DNA of 64,000 nucleotides from assembly GCA_963771175.1 (NCBI GenBank), contig CAVYSY010000003.1, forward strand, positions 96,001 through 160,000, given 5' to 3'. This DNA is from an uncultured delta proteobacterium. Its GTDB lineage: Bacteria; Myxococcota; Myxococcia; Myxococcales; Myxococcaceae. The notes under the pieces are model-generated. The model ran no database searches. It had not been told where the DNA came from and saw only the letters and a program-made list of their open reading frames with translations. Positions 9,905-20,318 of this stretch are shown here, piece after piece. Numbering within the stretch: the first letter of the stretch is position 1; the number at the start of each line of letters is the position of its first letter. Made by a program: the position numbers and the translations under genes.

Positions 9905-11339
9905 ATGGCCGAGAAGCTGGCACCGCGCGAGAAGGGCTTTTCCGAGTGGTACGTGGACCTGGTCCAGAAGGCGAAGCTCGCCGACTACTCGGACGTGAAG
10001 GGCTGCATGGTCATCCGTCCCAATGGCTACGCCATCTGGGAGAACATGCAGCGCGTCCTCGACAAGATGTTCAAGGACCTGGGCCACAAGAACGCCTACT
10101 TCCCGCTGCTCATCCCCGAGAGCTACCTGAAGAAGGAGGCCGAGCACGTCGAGGGCTTCAACCCGCAGCTCGCCGTCGTCACGCACGCGGGCGGCGCCAA
10201 GCTGGAGGAGCCCTACGTCATCCGGCCCACCTCGGAGACCATCATCAACCGCAGCTTCGCCAAGTGGATTCAGAGCTACCGCGACCTGCCGCTGCTCATC
10301 AACCAGTGGGCGAACGTGATGCGCTGGGAGATGCGCACGCGCCTGTTCCTGCGCACCACCGAGTTCCTCTGGCAGGAGGGCCACACCTGCCACGAGACGG
10401 AGGAGGACGCGGAGAAGGAGACGCTGCAGATGCTGGAGGTCTACCGGAAGTTCGCCGAGGACTACATGGCGATGCCGGTGATGACGGGGCGCAAGACCGA
10501 GTCGGAGAAGTTCGCCGGCGCGCTGCGCACCTACAGCATCGAGGCGATGATGCAGGACAAGAAGGCGCTGCAGGCGGGCACCAGCCACAACCTGGGGCAG
10601 AACTTCGCCAAGGCCTTCGACACGCAGTTCCAGGGCCGTGACGGCAAGCAGCACTACGTGTGGCAGACGTCGTGGGGCGTGTCCACGCGCCTCATCGGCG
10701 GCCTCATCATGACGCACTCGGATGACGCGGGCCTCGTCGTGCCGCCGCGGCTGGCGCCCACCCAGGTGGTCATCATCCCCATCGCCGGCAAGGCGACGGA
10801 CGCCGAGAAGACGCAGGTGCTGGAGAAGACGCACGCGCTGGCGGCGGACCTGAAGAAGGCCGGCCTGAGCGTGGTGGTGGACGACGACGACACCAAGAGC
10901 CCGGGCTGGAAGTACAGCGAGCACGAGCTCGTCGGCACGTGCCTCCGCATCGAGCTGGGCCCGAAGGACCTCGCCAAGGGCTCGTGCGTGATGGTGCGCC
11001 GGGACGTGCGCCAGAAGGAGTTCATCCAGCTCGACCAGGCCGTGGCCCGCGCCCAGGAGATGCTCGAGCAGATGCAGACGAGCCTCTTCGAGAAGGCGAA
11101 GAGCTTCCGGGAGTCGCACACCTTCGAGGTGAACAGCTACGAGGAGATGAAGGCGAAGGCCGACGACGGCTTCCTCCTGGCGCACTGGAACGGGGACCCG
11201 AAGGTGGAGGCGCGCATCAAGGAGGAGACGGGCCTGCACCACGCGCAACCGGCCGTTCGCGCTCACTCAGGAGCCGGGCAAGTGCGTGGTGACGGGCGAG
11301 CCTTCTCCGGGCCGCATCGTCTTCTCCAAGGCCTACTGA
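9905..11339 (+). CDS. proS: Proline--tRNA ligase, archaeal/eukaryotic type (apparent frameshift near 11240)
   Basis: [46 protein letters not shown]; the C-terminus ...VFSKAY* is in the shifted frame. Confidence 0.95.
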
Positions 11340-11342
11340 GCC

Positions 11343-12681
11343 TCAGCCCACCCGCCGCTCTCCGCTCGAGTTCTCCTCGGGCGGCAGCGGCGGGATGCAG
11401 GGCAGGTGGATGATGAAGCAGGTGCCCTTGCCCAGCTCGCTCTCCACCTCGATGCGGCCACCATGGGCCTTGATGATGCCGTTCACCACCGACAACCCGA
11501 GCCCCGTCCCCAGGCCGGGCGGCTTGGTGGTGAAGAAGGGCTGGAAGAGCTGCTTCTTCGTCTCCTCGGACATGCCCGTGCCGGTGTCCCGCACCTCCAC
11601 GCGCACATGCGTCCCCGCGCGGCGCGTGACGAGGCTCACCACTCCGCCCTCCGGAGTGGCCTGCCCCGCGTTGACGAGCAGGTTCACCAGCACCTGGACG
11701 AGCTGACGCGGGCGGCCCACCACCGTCCCCACCTCGGCCAGCTCCTTCTCCACCCGCACGTGGCCGAGCTGCATCTGCGCGATGCGCAGCGCCGCCTGCA
11801 CCTCGGCGGTGAAGTCGTAGTCGGTGTAGCTCTCGAAGCCCCCGCGTGAGAAGCGACGCAGGTCCGAGACGATGGCGTTCACCCGCTTGATGCCCGCCAG
11901 CGTGTCCGGGAGCACGTCCGTCATGTACTCCTTCATCAGCTCGGACAGGTTCTGCTCGCTCCCGCATGTCCAGGAGCATCGAGTCGACGTTGCTCGTCAC
12001 GTAGCTCATCGGGTTGTTGATTTCGTGCGCCACGCTCGCCGCCATCAGCCCCAGGCTGGAGAGCCGCTCCTGCTCGATGGCCCGCTGGTGAAGCTGCTGC
12101 AGCTCCTGGTGGGTCTTCTCCAACTGCTGGTGGGCCAACTCCAACTCCTCGCTCTGGCGCAGCACCTGCTCCAGCGTCCCACGCAGCTGCACGACCCGCT
12201 TCTCGGACACCAGGTAGCCGATGACGCCGAGCACCGAGAAGGCCAGGGCCATGGTCGGGCTGGCGCCGGTGGACAGGGCCACCGCGTCCACCGCCGCCAG
12301 GTAGATGGCCATGCGCGGACGGACCCACCGGTCGAGCCCGAAGTAGAAGAGCATGTTGTAGGGCACGAAGACCCAGCTCAGCACCACCCACTGGGTGACG
12401 ATGCCCGTCACGCAGACGCCCAGCCCGTTGACCGCCAGCCGCACCGCCTCCACCACGGCGTGGCTCCTCCTCTTCCGGAGCCACTCGAGGAACACGGTGT
12501 TGAACAGGAGGAGCCCTACGCCCACCCCCAGCATGACGAGGATGACGCGCCACTGGCCCCAGAACGAGACGACCAGCGAGAGATTGACGGCGGTCGCCCC
12601 CAACCCCGCCAGGCCCTGGATGCCGCGCTGAGCCTGCGCCGAGTGCGCCGCACGGATCGCCTCTTCTATTCGAGCATCCAT
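11343..12681 (-). CDS. Membrane sensor histidine kinase (frameshift near 11950)
   Basis: N-terminal TM helices; H-box AHEINNP; N-box [28 protein letters not shown]. Confidence 0.9.
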
Positions 12682-12699
12682 CGCGAACCTCCGGGGGAC

Positions 12700-13083
12700 T
12701 CAGGTTTTCGAGGTGGAGGGGCCTTGTCCGCCAACGAGGGCCCGGACGTCGGCGACGAGGCGGGCGTCGTCCCAGGGCTTGCTGCTGAAGTGGGAGATGA
12801 TGCCGGCGCCGGGGCCACTGTCGACGGACAGGTCCGCATGGCCCGAGATGAGCACCCGCACCGTCCTGGGCGCGATGCGCAGCACCTGCCCGAGCAGCTC
12901 CAGGCCGTCCATCCCCGGCATGCGGAAGTCGGAGATGACCACGTCCGCCTCGAAGGTCGCGAGCTTCTCGATGGCCTCGGTGCCATTGAGCGCGACCTCG
13001 ATGCAGTAGCCCTCACGCCGGAACAACCGGCGCAGTGCTCCCACCACATGGACTTCGTCGTCGACGATGAGAATCCGGGTCAT
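12700..13083 (-). CDS. Single-domain response regulator
   Basis: MTRILIVDDE, VISDFRMPGMDG, ISG, KPW. Confidence 0.9.
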   Translation of the reverse strand: MTRILIVDDEVHVVGALRRLFRREGYCIEVALNGTEAIEKLATFEADVVISDFRMPGMDGLELLGQVLRIAPRTVRVLISGHADLSVDSGPGAGIISHFSSKPWDDARLVADVRALVGGQGPSTSKT

Positions 13084-13100
13084 GGGGTTTCTCGTCGCAA

Positions 13101-14339
13101 TCACCCCACGGCGCGCAGCACGGGCCGACTGGGTTGGAAGGTGGCCACGGGTTCGACCTTCCCCGCCACGGGGAGAGGCATGGCCGCCTCGAAATGGAAC
13201 TCCTCGCCGCACCGGGCGCGCGTCGCCTCGGACACCAGCATCGCCACGCCGACCTTCTTGGTGAGCCCCTCGATACGGCTGGCCAGGTTCACGGCATCTC
13301 CAATCACGGTGTACTCGCGGCGCTGCTCGGGCCCCACGTCTCCGACGACGACACTGCCCGTGTGCACGCCGATACCGATGCGCAGCGGCTCCTCCCCCCG
13401 GGCGCGGCGCTCGGCGTTGAGGGTCTCCAACGCATCTAACATGGACAACCCACATGCGACGGCGGCGCTCGGGTGGCCGATCAGCTCCAGGGGTGCGCCG
13501 AAGTAGGCGAGGATGCCGTCACCGATGAACTTGTCGAGCGTGCCCCCGTGGCGGAACACCACCTCCACCATGCGCGCGAGGTACTCGTTGAGGAGTCGCA
13601 CCACCTGGGGGCTCTCCATGCGCTCGGACATGGCGGTGAAGCCACGGATGTCGGCGAAGAGCAGCGTCACCTCGCGGTGCTCGCCCTGCCCGGCGTCGGC
13701 GCTGGCGCCGGCCTGGAGGATGCGGCGGGCGACCTCGGGGGAGAAGTAGCGGCCCAGGCGCATGCGGTGCGTCTGCTCCTGGGACACCTCGAGGACCAGC
13801 CGGTACACCTGCGCGCGGGTGTACGCCGCCGCCACGGCCGCGGCGGAGAGCACCAGGGCCACGCCCGGGAGGTTGTCCCCGATGCCCAGGCCGCTCCGCC
13901 GCACCAGCACCGTCTCCAGGCAGATGCCGAGCAGGGTGGCCAGCCCCAGGCTCACGCGCGAGCCGCCCAGCAGCGCCGTCATCATCACCAGGATGATGTA
14001 GATGCCCACGGAGAGACCGGCCATGACCTGGCCGTTGGAAGAGGTGGCCACCGCCGGGGCCTGGATGGCGAAGACGGCGGGCATGTCGAGCAGCAACACG
14101 GCGATGTCCGGCCGGTGGCGGAGCAGCGGGAGGAACCGTCCGCCCGCCCACAAGGCCGCCGCGAGCATCACGTACGCCGCCAGGAGCGCGAGGGGCATGC
14201 TCCAGTCGAAGAGGTACGCACAGCCGAGCCAGCCGAGCGCGCCCAGGGCGCGGAAACGGTACACCCAATGCCCCATCCGGACGCGCTGCGCGTCCAGGCG
14301 CTGGAGGAGGATGTCGTCGAGAACGGACTCGGGAAGCAC
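13101..14339 (-). CDS. Membrane class III adenylate/guanylate cyclase
   Basis: Multiple TM segments; [39 protein letters not shown]. Confidence 0.92.
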   Translation of the reverse strand: MLPESVLDDILLQRLDAQRVRMGHWVYRFRALGALGWLGCAYLFDWSMPLALLAAYVMLAAALWAGGRFLPLLRHRPDIAVLLLDMPAVFAIQAPAVATSSNGQVMAGLSVGIYIILVMMTALLGGSRVSLGLATLLGICLETVLVRRSGLGIGDNLPGVALVLSAAAVAAAYTRAQVYRLVLEVSQEQTHRMRLGRYFSPEVARRILQAGASADAGQGEHREVTLLFADIRGFTAMSERMESPQVVRLLNEYLARMVEVVFRHGGTLDKFIGDGILAYFGAPLELIGHPSAAVACGLSMLDALETLNAERRARGEEPLRIGIGVHTGSVVVGDVGPEQRREYTVIGDAVNLASRIEGLTKKVGVAMLVSEATRARCGEEFHFEAAMPLPVAGKVEPVATFQPSRPVLRAVG

Positions 14340-14415
14340 TGAACAGGGAGGTTAGTCCAGTGCCCGTGCGTTCTCCAGGGAGGGGGGGCGGCGGTGGGGT
14401 ATTCTCGGGGGTCTC

Positions 14416-14946
14416 ATGGCGAGCTTCGGACACGTGGCGGTGGGACTGGCACTGGGACGCCTCGGCGCGGGAGCGGCACCCCCGAGGCGCGTCGCCGCCT
14501 CCATGCTGCTGCTGTCGGCCCTGGCCCTGCTGCCGGACGCGGACGTCATCGCCTTCAAGCTGGGGATTCCCTACCAGGCGGAGTGGGGACACCGGGGGGC
14601 CTCGCACTCGCTGGTGCTCGCGGCGCTGGTGTCACTGGCGGTGGCGGCCGGGACGCACCTGGCGAGGGGGCCCGCGCTGAAGACGGGACTGCTCGCCTTC
14701 GCGGCCGTGGGGAGCCACGGCCTGCTGGACGCGATGACCACGGGCGGCCTGGGCGCGGCGCTCCTCTGGCCCTTCACCCAGGCCCGCTATTTCCTCCCGC
14801 AGCGCCCCATCCCGGTGGCCCCCATCGGCGCGGGGATGCTCTCCGCGCGCGGCCTGCACGTGGTGACGGTGGAACTGCTCCTCTTCCTGCCCTTCTGGGC
14901 CTACGCGCTCTGGCCGCGCCGCGCGGTGCGGCCGGTGGAGGGATGA
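14416..14946 (+). CDS. YdjM-family membrane metal-dependent hydrolase
   Basis: GH..., LPDAD, HRGASHSL, SHGLLDAMT..G. Confidence 0.85.
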   Translation: MASFGHVAVGLALGRLGAGAAPPRRVAASMLLLSALALLPDADVIAFKLGIPYQAEWGHRGASHSLVLAALVSLAVAAGTHLARGPALKTGLLAFAAVGSHGLLDAMTTGGLGAALLWPFTQARYFLPQRPIPVAPIGAGMLSARGLHVVTVELLLFLPFWAYALWPRRAVRPVEG

Positions 14947-14950
14947 AGCC

Positions 14951-15517
14951 ATGCGCCTCTTCGTCGCCGTCACCCTGGGAGAAGCCATCGAGTCCCAGGC
15001 CGTCACCGCCCTGCCGAAACTCAAGGCCCTGGCGCCCCGCGCGCGCTGGGTGCCCCCGACGAACCTGCACCTCACGTTGAGCTTCCTCGGAGAGGTGGAG
15101 GCCGAGCGGGTGCCAGCCCTGTCGGAGGCCCTCTCGCGGGTGGGGAGCGCGCATGCCCCGCTGGTGCTGACCATCGAGGGCGGAGGCGGCTTCGGCGCGC
15201 CGGGACACCCCCGGGTGCTGTGGGCCGGTGTGGGCGGAGACACGAAGGCGCTGGGGGCGTTGCAGGCGGACATGGCGGAGGCGTTGAAGCCGCTGGGCTT
15301 CGAGCCCGAGCACCGCGACTACACCGCGCACCTCACGTTGGCGCGGGCGAAGGTGCCGCGTGGGGACCGCGAGCTGGCCGAGTGCGTGCGCGCGCTTCAG
15401 GACGCGAAGTGGGGCGAGGCGCGGGTGGACCGGCTCGTCCTCTTCGAGAGCCTGGGCGGCAAGTACCACCTGCGTGCCGAGGCCCCGCTGAGCAAGGCCC
15501 CGCCGGGTGGCGGGTAG
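14951..15517 (+). CDS. thpR: RNA 2',3'-cyclic phosphodiesterase (2H family)
   Basis: MRLFVAV, two HxT motifs (HLTL.FLG and HLTLAR), PRVLWAG. Confidence 0.9.
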   Translation: MRLFVAVTLGEAIESQAVTALPKLKALAPRARWVPPTNLHLTLSFLGEVEAERVPALSEALSRVGSAHAPLVLTIEGGGGFGAPGHPRVLWAGVGGDTKALGALQADMAEALKPLGFEPEHRDYTAHLTLARAKVPRGDRELAECVRALQDAKWGEARVDRLVLFESLGGKYHLRAEAPLSKAPPGGG

Positions 15518-15583
15518 CTGGCACCGGCCGTGCACGGGAAGACGGTGGGCGCGGGGGTCGCGCCAGAAAAGGACCGGGTTTCC

Positions 15584-16204
15584 ATGCGTTGGCTGAAGCT
15601 CTCGCTGCTCTCTCTGTCGCTCCTGGCCCACACCGCGGTCGCGGTGCCGCGCTCCCTCGAAGGCGAGCTGCGGACGGGAGACCTCGTCTTCCATACCTCG
15701 CGCTCGCGGCAGTCGGTGGCCATCCGGGCGGCGACGAACAGCCCCCTGTCGCACGTGGGGCTGGTGGAGGTGACGCCGAAGGGGGTGTTCGTGGTGGAGG
15801 CCGTCCAGCCGGTGCAGCGCGTGCCGTTCGCGAAGTGGAAGGCGCGCGGGGTGAACGGGCACATCCTGGTGCTGCGCCCCGGGGAGCTGCCGGAGGAGCA
15901 GCGGGCACGGGCCGTGGCGGAGGCGAAGCGGCACCTGGGCAAGCCGTACGACTGGCGCTTCGGCTGGGGGGACGAGGCGATGTACTGCTCGGAGCTGGCG
16001 CGCAAGGCCTACACGAAGGCCGCGGGCGTGGACTACGGGAAGCTGGAGCGCCTGGGCTCGTTGGACGTGAAACGGCTGGGGCCCGCCCTCCAGGAGCGCT
16101 ATGGCGGCAAGGTGCCCCTGGAGCTGGAGCTCATCACCCCGGCGAGCCTCGCCGCGGACGAGCGCCTCACGATGGTGCACTCGGACTTCCCGGGCGTCCG
16201 ATAG
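15584..16204 (+). CDS. YiiX/YebB-like permuted papain-like (NlpC/P60) enzyme, exported
   Basis: Signal peptide; GDLVF, SHVG, GKPYD, YCSEL. Confidence 0.85.
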   Translation: MRWLKLSLLSLSLLAHTAVAVPRSLEGELRTGDLVFHTSRSRQSVAIRAATNSPLSHVGLVEVTPKGVFVVEAVQPVQRVPFAKWKARGVNGHILVLRPGELPEEQRARAVAEAKRHLGKPYDWRFGWGDEAMYCSELARKAYTKAAGVDYGKLERLGSLDVKRLGPALQERYGGKVPLELELITPASLAADERLTMVHSDFPGVR

Positions 16205-16268
16205 AGGCCCCGGCGGGAGCCCGCGCCCGGCCCCCGGCGCCCCTGAGTCCAGGTAGAATGCGCGGGCC

Positions 16269-18585
16269 ATGCCCCCTCGCCTCGTGCTCCTCGTTGCCCT
16301 CCTGACCCTCGTCGGCTGTCGAAGCAACCATGAGGGGGCGGTGAAGCTCACCGTCTCCTATGCGGGCTTCAAACCCGGCTGTATCCGGGTGGCGGTGAAG
16401 GACGCGGCGGGCGCGGGCGAGACGCGCACGACGGAGCTCGCGGGCAAGGGAGAGGCCACGGGAGGCGCCGTGACGGTGGCCGCCTTCCGTGAGGCCGGTT
16501 GGAGCGCCACCCTGGCGCTGACCGCCGAGGCCTTCGAGACGGAGTGCACGGGGACGCCGGTGAGCACCGCCTCGGGGACGGTGACGGTGGACAAGGGCGC
16601 GGTGGCCGAGACGGAGCTGGCGCTGGCGGCCACCGACGAGGATCACGACGGATACGTGTCCCAGGCCCAGGGCGGTACGGACTGCTACGACACCCGCCCC
16701 GAGGCCCACCCCGGTGCCACGGAGCTCTGCAACGGACAGGACGACAACTGCGACGCCGTGAAGGACGAGGGCTTCGCGCTGGGCGACCTCTGTGACGCGA
16801 CCGACGGCTGCAAGGGCGCCTGGGTGTGCGGTGCCCAGGGCGCGCGAGCCTGTGAGGTCCGGCCAGACCAGTGGCGTCTCGACGCGGACAAGGATGGCAA
16901 AGGCTCGAAGCAGGGGCCGGCCCAGTCGAGCTGCACGCAGCCGGACGGCTATGTGCCCAACGACCTCGACTGTGACGACAGCAACCCGCGGCGCTACACG
17001 GGCGCTCCCGAGCTGTGCAACGCGGTGGACGACGACTGCGACGGCACGGCGGATGACGGGCTGGACGTGGGAGCCACCTGCACGGGCGGGAACGGGTGTG
17101 GCGGCAAGCGGGCCTGCAGCTCGGATGGTGGCATGGAGTGCAACAGCCCCCCGCGCACCGTGCTGTACCCGGACAACGACCAGGACCAGCGCGGGCAGGC
17201 GGACGCGGGGGTGTCGAGCTGCGAGCCCACCCTCCCCGGCCACGTCGCCGATGCGGGCGACTGCGACGACACCCGGGCGAACGTGTACGCGGGCGCGCCG
17301 GAGCTCTGCGACGAGCAGGACAACAACTGCGATGGGACCCGGGACGAGGGCTACACCCTGGACGCGGGCTGCGATCCGGGCCTGGGCTGCTCGGGCGTGA
17401 CGGCGTGCGCGACGGACGGAGGCACCCGGTGCGCCTACGTCACCCCGCCCTCGAACTACTACCCGGACAACGACCTGGACCTGCACGGGAAGGCGGACGC
17501 GGGCGTACTGACGTGTGTGCCCCCCCTCGGCTCCATCCTGGCCGCGGGCGACTGCAACGATGGCAACCCCTTCATGCACGCGGACGCGCCCGAGCTGTGC
17601 GACTTCGAGGACAACGACTGCGACGGCCCGAAGGACGAGGACGATGCGTGCCCCGCGGATGGCGGGACCTGGGTGAGTCAGACGACGGGCACGGACAGCC
17701 TGGCGCTCGGTGTCCGTCTGGGGCGATGGGGGCGTGTGGGTCGCCGGAGGCACCAACGGCCTGCGCCTCCGCCAGCCAGGGCAGACGACGTTCCAGAACC
17801 TCGACGGCCAATGCTCGGGAGAGTGGTACGGCTCCTGGGTGGACCCTCGGACCGGAACCGTTACACTCGGGGGCACCAACAACGCCACCGCGAGCCGTGC
17901 CCCTGATGCGACGAGCTGCACTCCTTCCGGAATGACCGTCACGGATACGGACGTGCGGGGCGTCTTCGGGCTGTCGCTGACGGATGGAGGCACCGAGGTG
18001 CATGTCGTCGGTCACTCCCGGAGCAACGTCTACGGATGGACACCTGCTCTGGTGGAATGGCTCCCAGAACTACTCGGATCCTGCTCCCCGACGTGGCTCC
18101 GATCTGGGACGTGCATGGCTCCTCGCGGGACATGCTCGTGGCGGTGGGCGGCTACGACACCAACGACTACTCCAGCGTGGGCGCGCGCATCTACCGCTTC
18201 AAGTCGGCCGCAGAACGACTGGGAGACCGAGTCGGTCCAGGACATCTCGGGCGTGGTGGACGACCGCCTCCGGGGCGTCTGGGTGGTGAGCCCGACGCTG
18301 GCCTATGCCGTCGGCGAGAGCAGCTCCTTCCTCATGTGGAACGGGACAGCGTGGACCCCGCTCACGGGACCCGCGAGCGAGGACCTGCTGTCCGTGGTCG
18401 CCTTCGGGAAGAACTCCGTCTACGCCACCACCGGAAGCGGGAAGGTCTACCGGTACGACGGGAGCACCTGGACCGTGATGCCCGGCTTGAGCACCGGCAG
18501 CGCCCTCAACGACATCGCCGGCACCAGCCCGGGAGACCTCTGGGTGGTGGGCGACAACGGGAAGATCCTCCACTGGCCGCGCTGA
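16269..18585 (+). CDS. Cys-rich lipoprotein with repeated putative metal-binding (MopE-like) motifs and a C-terminal beta-propeller (frameshifts near 17700, 18035, 18205)
   Basis: Lipobox LVGC; four DCxD...PGAxELCxxxDxxCDG repeats; propeller-like VW repeats in ORFs 17710..18585 and 18036..18674. Confidence 0.75.
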
Positions 18586-18595
18586 GCGCGGCCTC

Positions 18596-19369
18596 TCAGG
18601 AGGCGGGGCGGCGCACGGCCACGACGAAGCGGCGGCGGAACAGGAAGGGCGTGCCGTGCGGCGAGGCCGGGTAGTCCTGGCGCAGCAGGGGCCGCAGGGT
18701 GTCGAGGAAGGCCTGACCCTCCTCCGCGCCGAGCGCCGCGAGCACCGGCCGCAGCGTCGTGCCGAGCAGCCACTCGAGCACCGCGTCCTCGCCCGGGAGC
18801 ACGTGGAGGTACGCCGTCTCCCACGCATCCACGGAGAAGCCGAGCGCCGAGAGGTGGGCCTCGTAGAAGGCGAGTGACTCGGCGTGCCCACGACGCACGG
18901 AAGCGAGCGCGGGAGCGAAGCGGGAGAGTGCGCGCACCTCGTCGATGCGCCGGTGCGAGGGCTCCTCGAAGTTGGCGGGCACCTGGAAGGCGAGCACGCC
19001 GTCCGGGGCGAGCTGTCCCACCAGGCGCGAGAGCAGCGCGGCATGGTCGGGCAGCCAGTGCAGGGCGGCGTTGGAGACGAGCACGTCGAGCGGCGCGGAG
19101 GGCGTCCAGCGCGCGAGGTCCGCGAGCTCGAAACGGACGCGCTCGGGGGCGGGGCGCCGGAGGGCCTCGGCGATCATCGACTCGGACGAGTCGACACCGG
19201 ACACGCGGGCAGCGGGCCAGCGCTCGGCGAGGGAGAGGGTGAGATCTCCCGTGCCGCAGCCGAGGTCGGCCACGAGAGCGGGAGCGGAGACGGGCACCCG
19301 CGCGAGCAGCTCGAAGAAGGGGCGCTTGCGGGCGTCGCGGAACTGCTCGTACTGCGAGGGGTCCCACAT
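18596..19369 (-). CDS. tam: Trans-aconitate 2-methyltransferase-like SAM methyltransferase
   Basis: MWDPSQY..F...R.RPF.ELL, DLGCGTG, SNAALHWLPDH, FLFRRRFVVA. Confidence 0.85.
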   Translation of the reverse strand: MWDPSQYEQFRDARKRPFFELLARVPVSAPALVADLGCGTGDLTLSLAERWPAARVSGVDSSESMIAEALRRPAPERVRFELADLARWTPSAPLDVLVSNAALHWLPDHAALLSRLVGQLAPDGVLAFQVPANFEEPSHRRIDEVRALSRFAPALASVRRGHAESLAFYEAHLSALGFSVDAWETAYLHVLPGEDAVLEWLLGTTLRPVLAALGAEEGQAFLDTLRPLLRQDYPASPHGTPFLFRRRFVVAVRRPAS

Positions 19370-19479
19370 GGAGTGCCTCCGCGAGTTGGAGTCGCGCGAG
19401 GCGCCTGGCGGATGAGGACCCCGCGCCGGACGACCGGGGTACGCGAGCACCGAGGCCCTGCGTACCCCGGGAGGAGGAA

Positions 19480-20196
19480 CTACTTGACCGGCTGGGTGGT
19501 GCCGGCGTCGGGCGAGCCGGTCATGCCACCATCGGCGGGGGTGCCGGGCATGCCACCATCGGCCGGGGTGCCGCCGTCAGCGGTGGCGGCGGAGCGGGTC
19601 ATGATGGCGGGGGGCGGGTTGACCAGCTCGAGCGAGGTGAGGAACTGATCGGCCAGGGGAGCGCCGATGCTCGGGTTGTAGAGGACGAGCAGGGTGTAGA
19701 GGCGCGGCCCGACGAGGAAGTTACGGGCGCGGACCTCGCCGGCGTCAGAGGAGACGGTGAAGGCCTTGCCGGGGTAGCCCTGGAGGATGATGTCCTCCTC
19801 GGCCTTGATGGTGCCCTTGAGCTGATTGACGAGGCCGTTCTTGCCCTCGTTGAGGAAGGCGGCGGCGGGGTTGGCGGCGACGACCTTCTCCGGGTAGTCG
19901 GCGGTGCTGATGGAGTAGAGGACGCCGTTGGGGTCGTTGGTGGTCCAGGCGGCGGTCTGCACCTTGCCACCGGGGATGGCGACCTCGCCGCGCTGGGGCT
20001 GGGGCTCACCGGGGATGCTGACGTTGAAGCCCTCGGGAGCGGACAGCCGCTTGAGCTCGACCTGGGGCTTGGTCTCGCTCGGGAGCTCCTCGACGGTGGA
20101 GGTGCCCTCCTTGGTGGAGCCCTCCTTGGTGGCGCAGGCAGCGCCAATCAGCGCGATGGTCACGAAAGCGGCGAACAGTCGGGACAGCGATGACAT
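19480..20196 (-). CDS. Hypothetical lipoprotein with DGG-rich tail
   Basis: Signal with GAAC lipobox-like site; strong GC3 bias. Confidence 0.7.
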   Translation of the reverse strand: MSSLSRLFAAFVTIALIGAACATKEGSTKEGTSTVEELPSETKPQVELKRLSAPEGFNVSIPGEPQPQRGEVAIPGGKVQTAAWTTNDPNGVLYSISTADYPEKVVAANPAAAFLNEGKNGLVNQLKGTIKAEEDIILQGYPGKAFTVSSDAGEVRARNFLVGPRLYTLLVLYNPSIGAPLADQFLTSLELVNPPPAIMTRSAATADGGTPADGGMPGTPADGGMTGSPDAGTTQPVK

Positions 20197-20318
20197 ATGT
20201 GCGAGTCCTGAAGGTTGAGGGTGAAAAAGGTAGCGGCGGACCCTAGACGAGTCCGCCGCCGGTCGCTACGTCCTAGTACCTGGAGTGACGGCTTTCGAGA
20301 GGAACCGTCCGCCACTCC

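Noticed and set aside
11230..11413. Programmed frameshift or pseudogenisation of proS
   Set aside because: No slippery site seen; the canonical C-terminus lies in the adjacent frame; indels are widespread in the window
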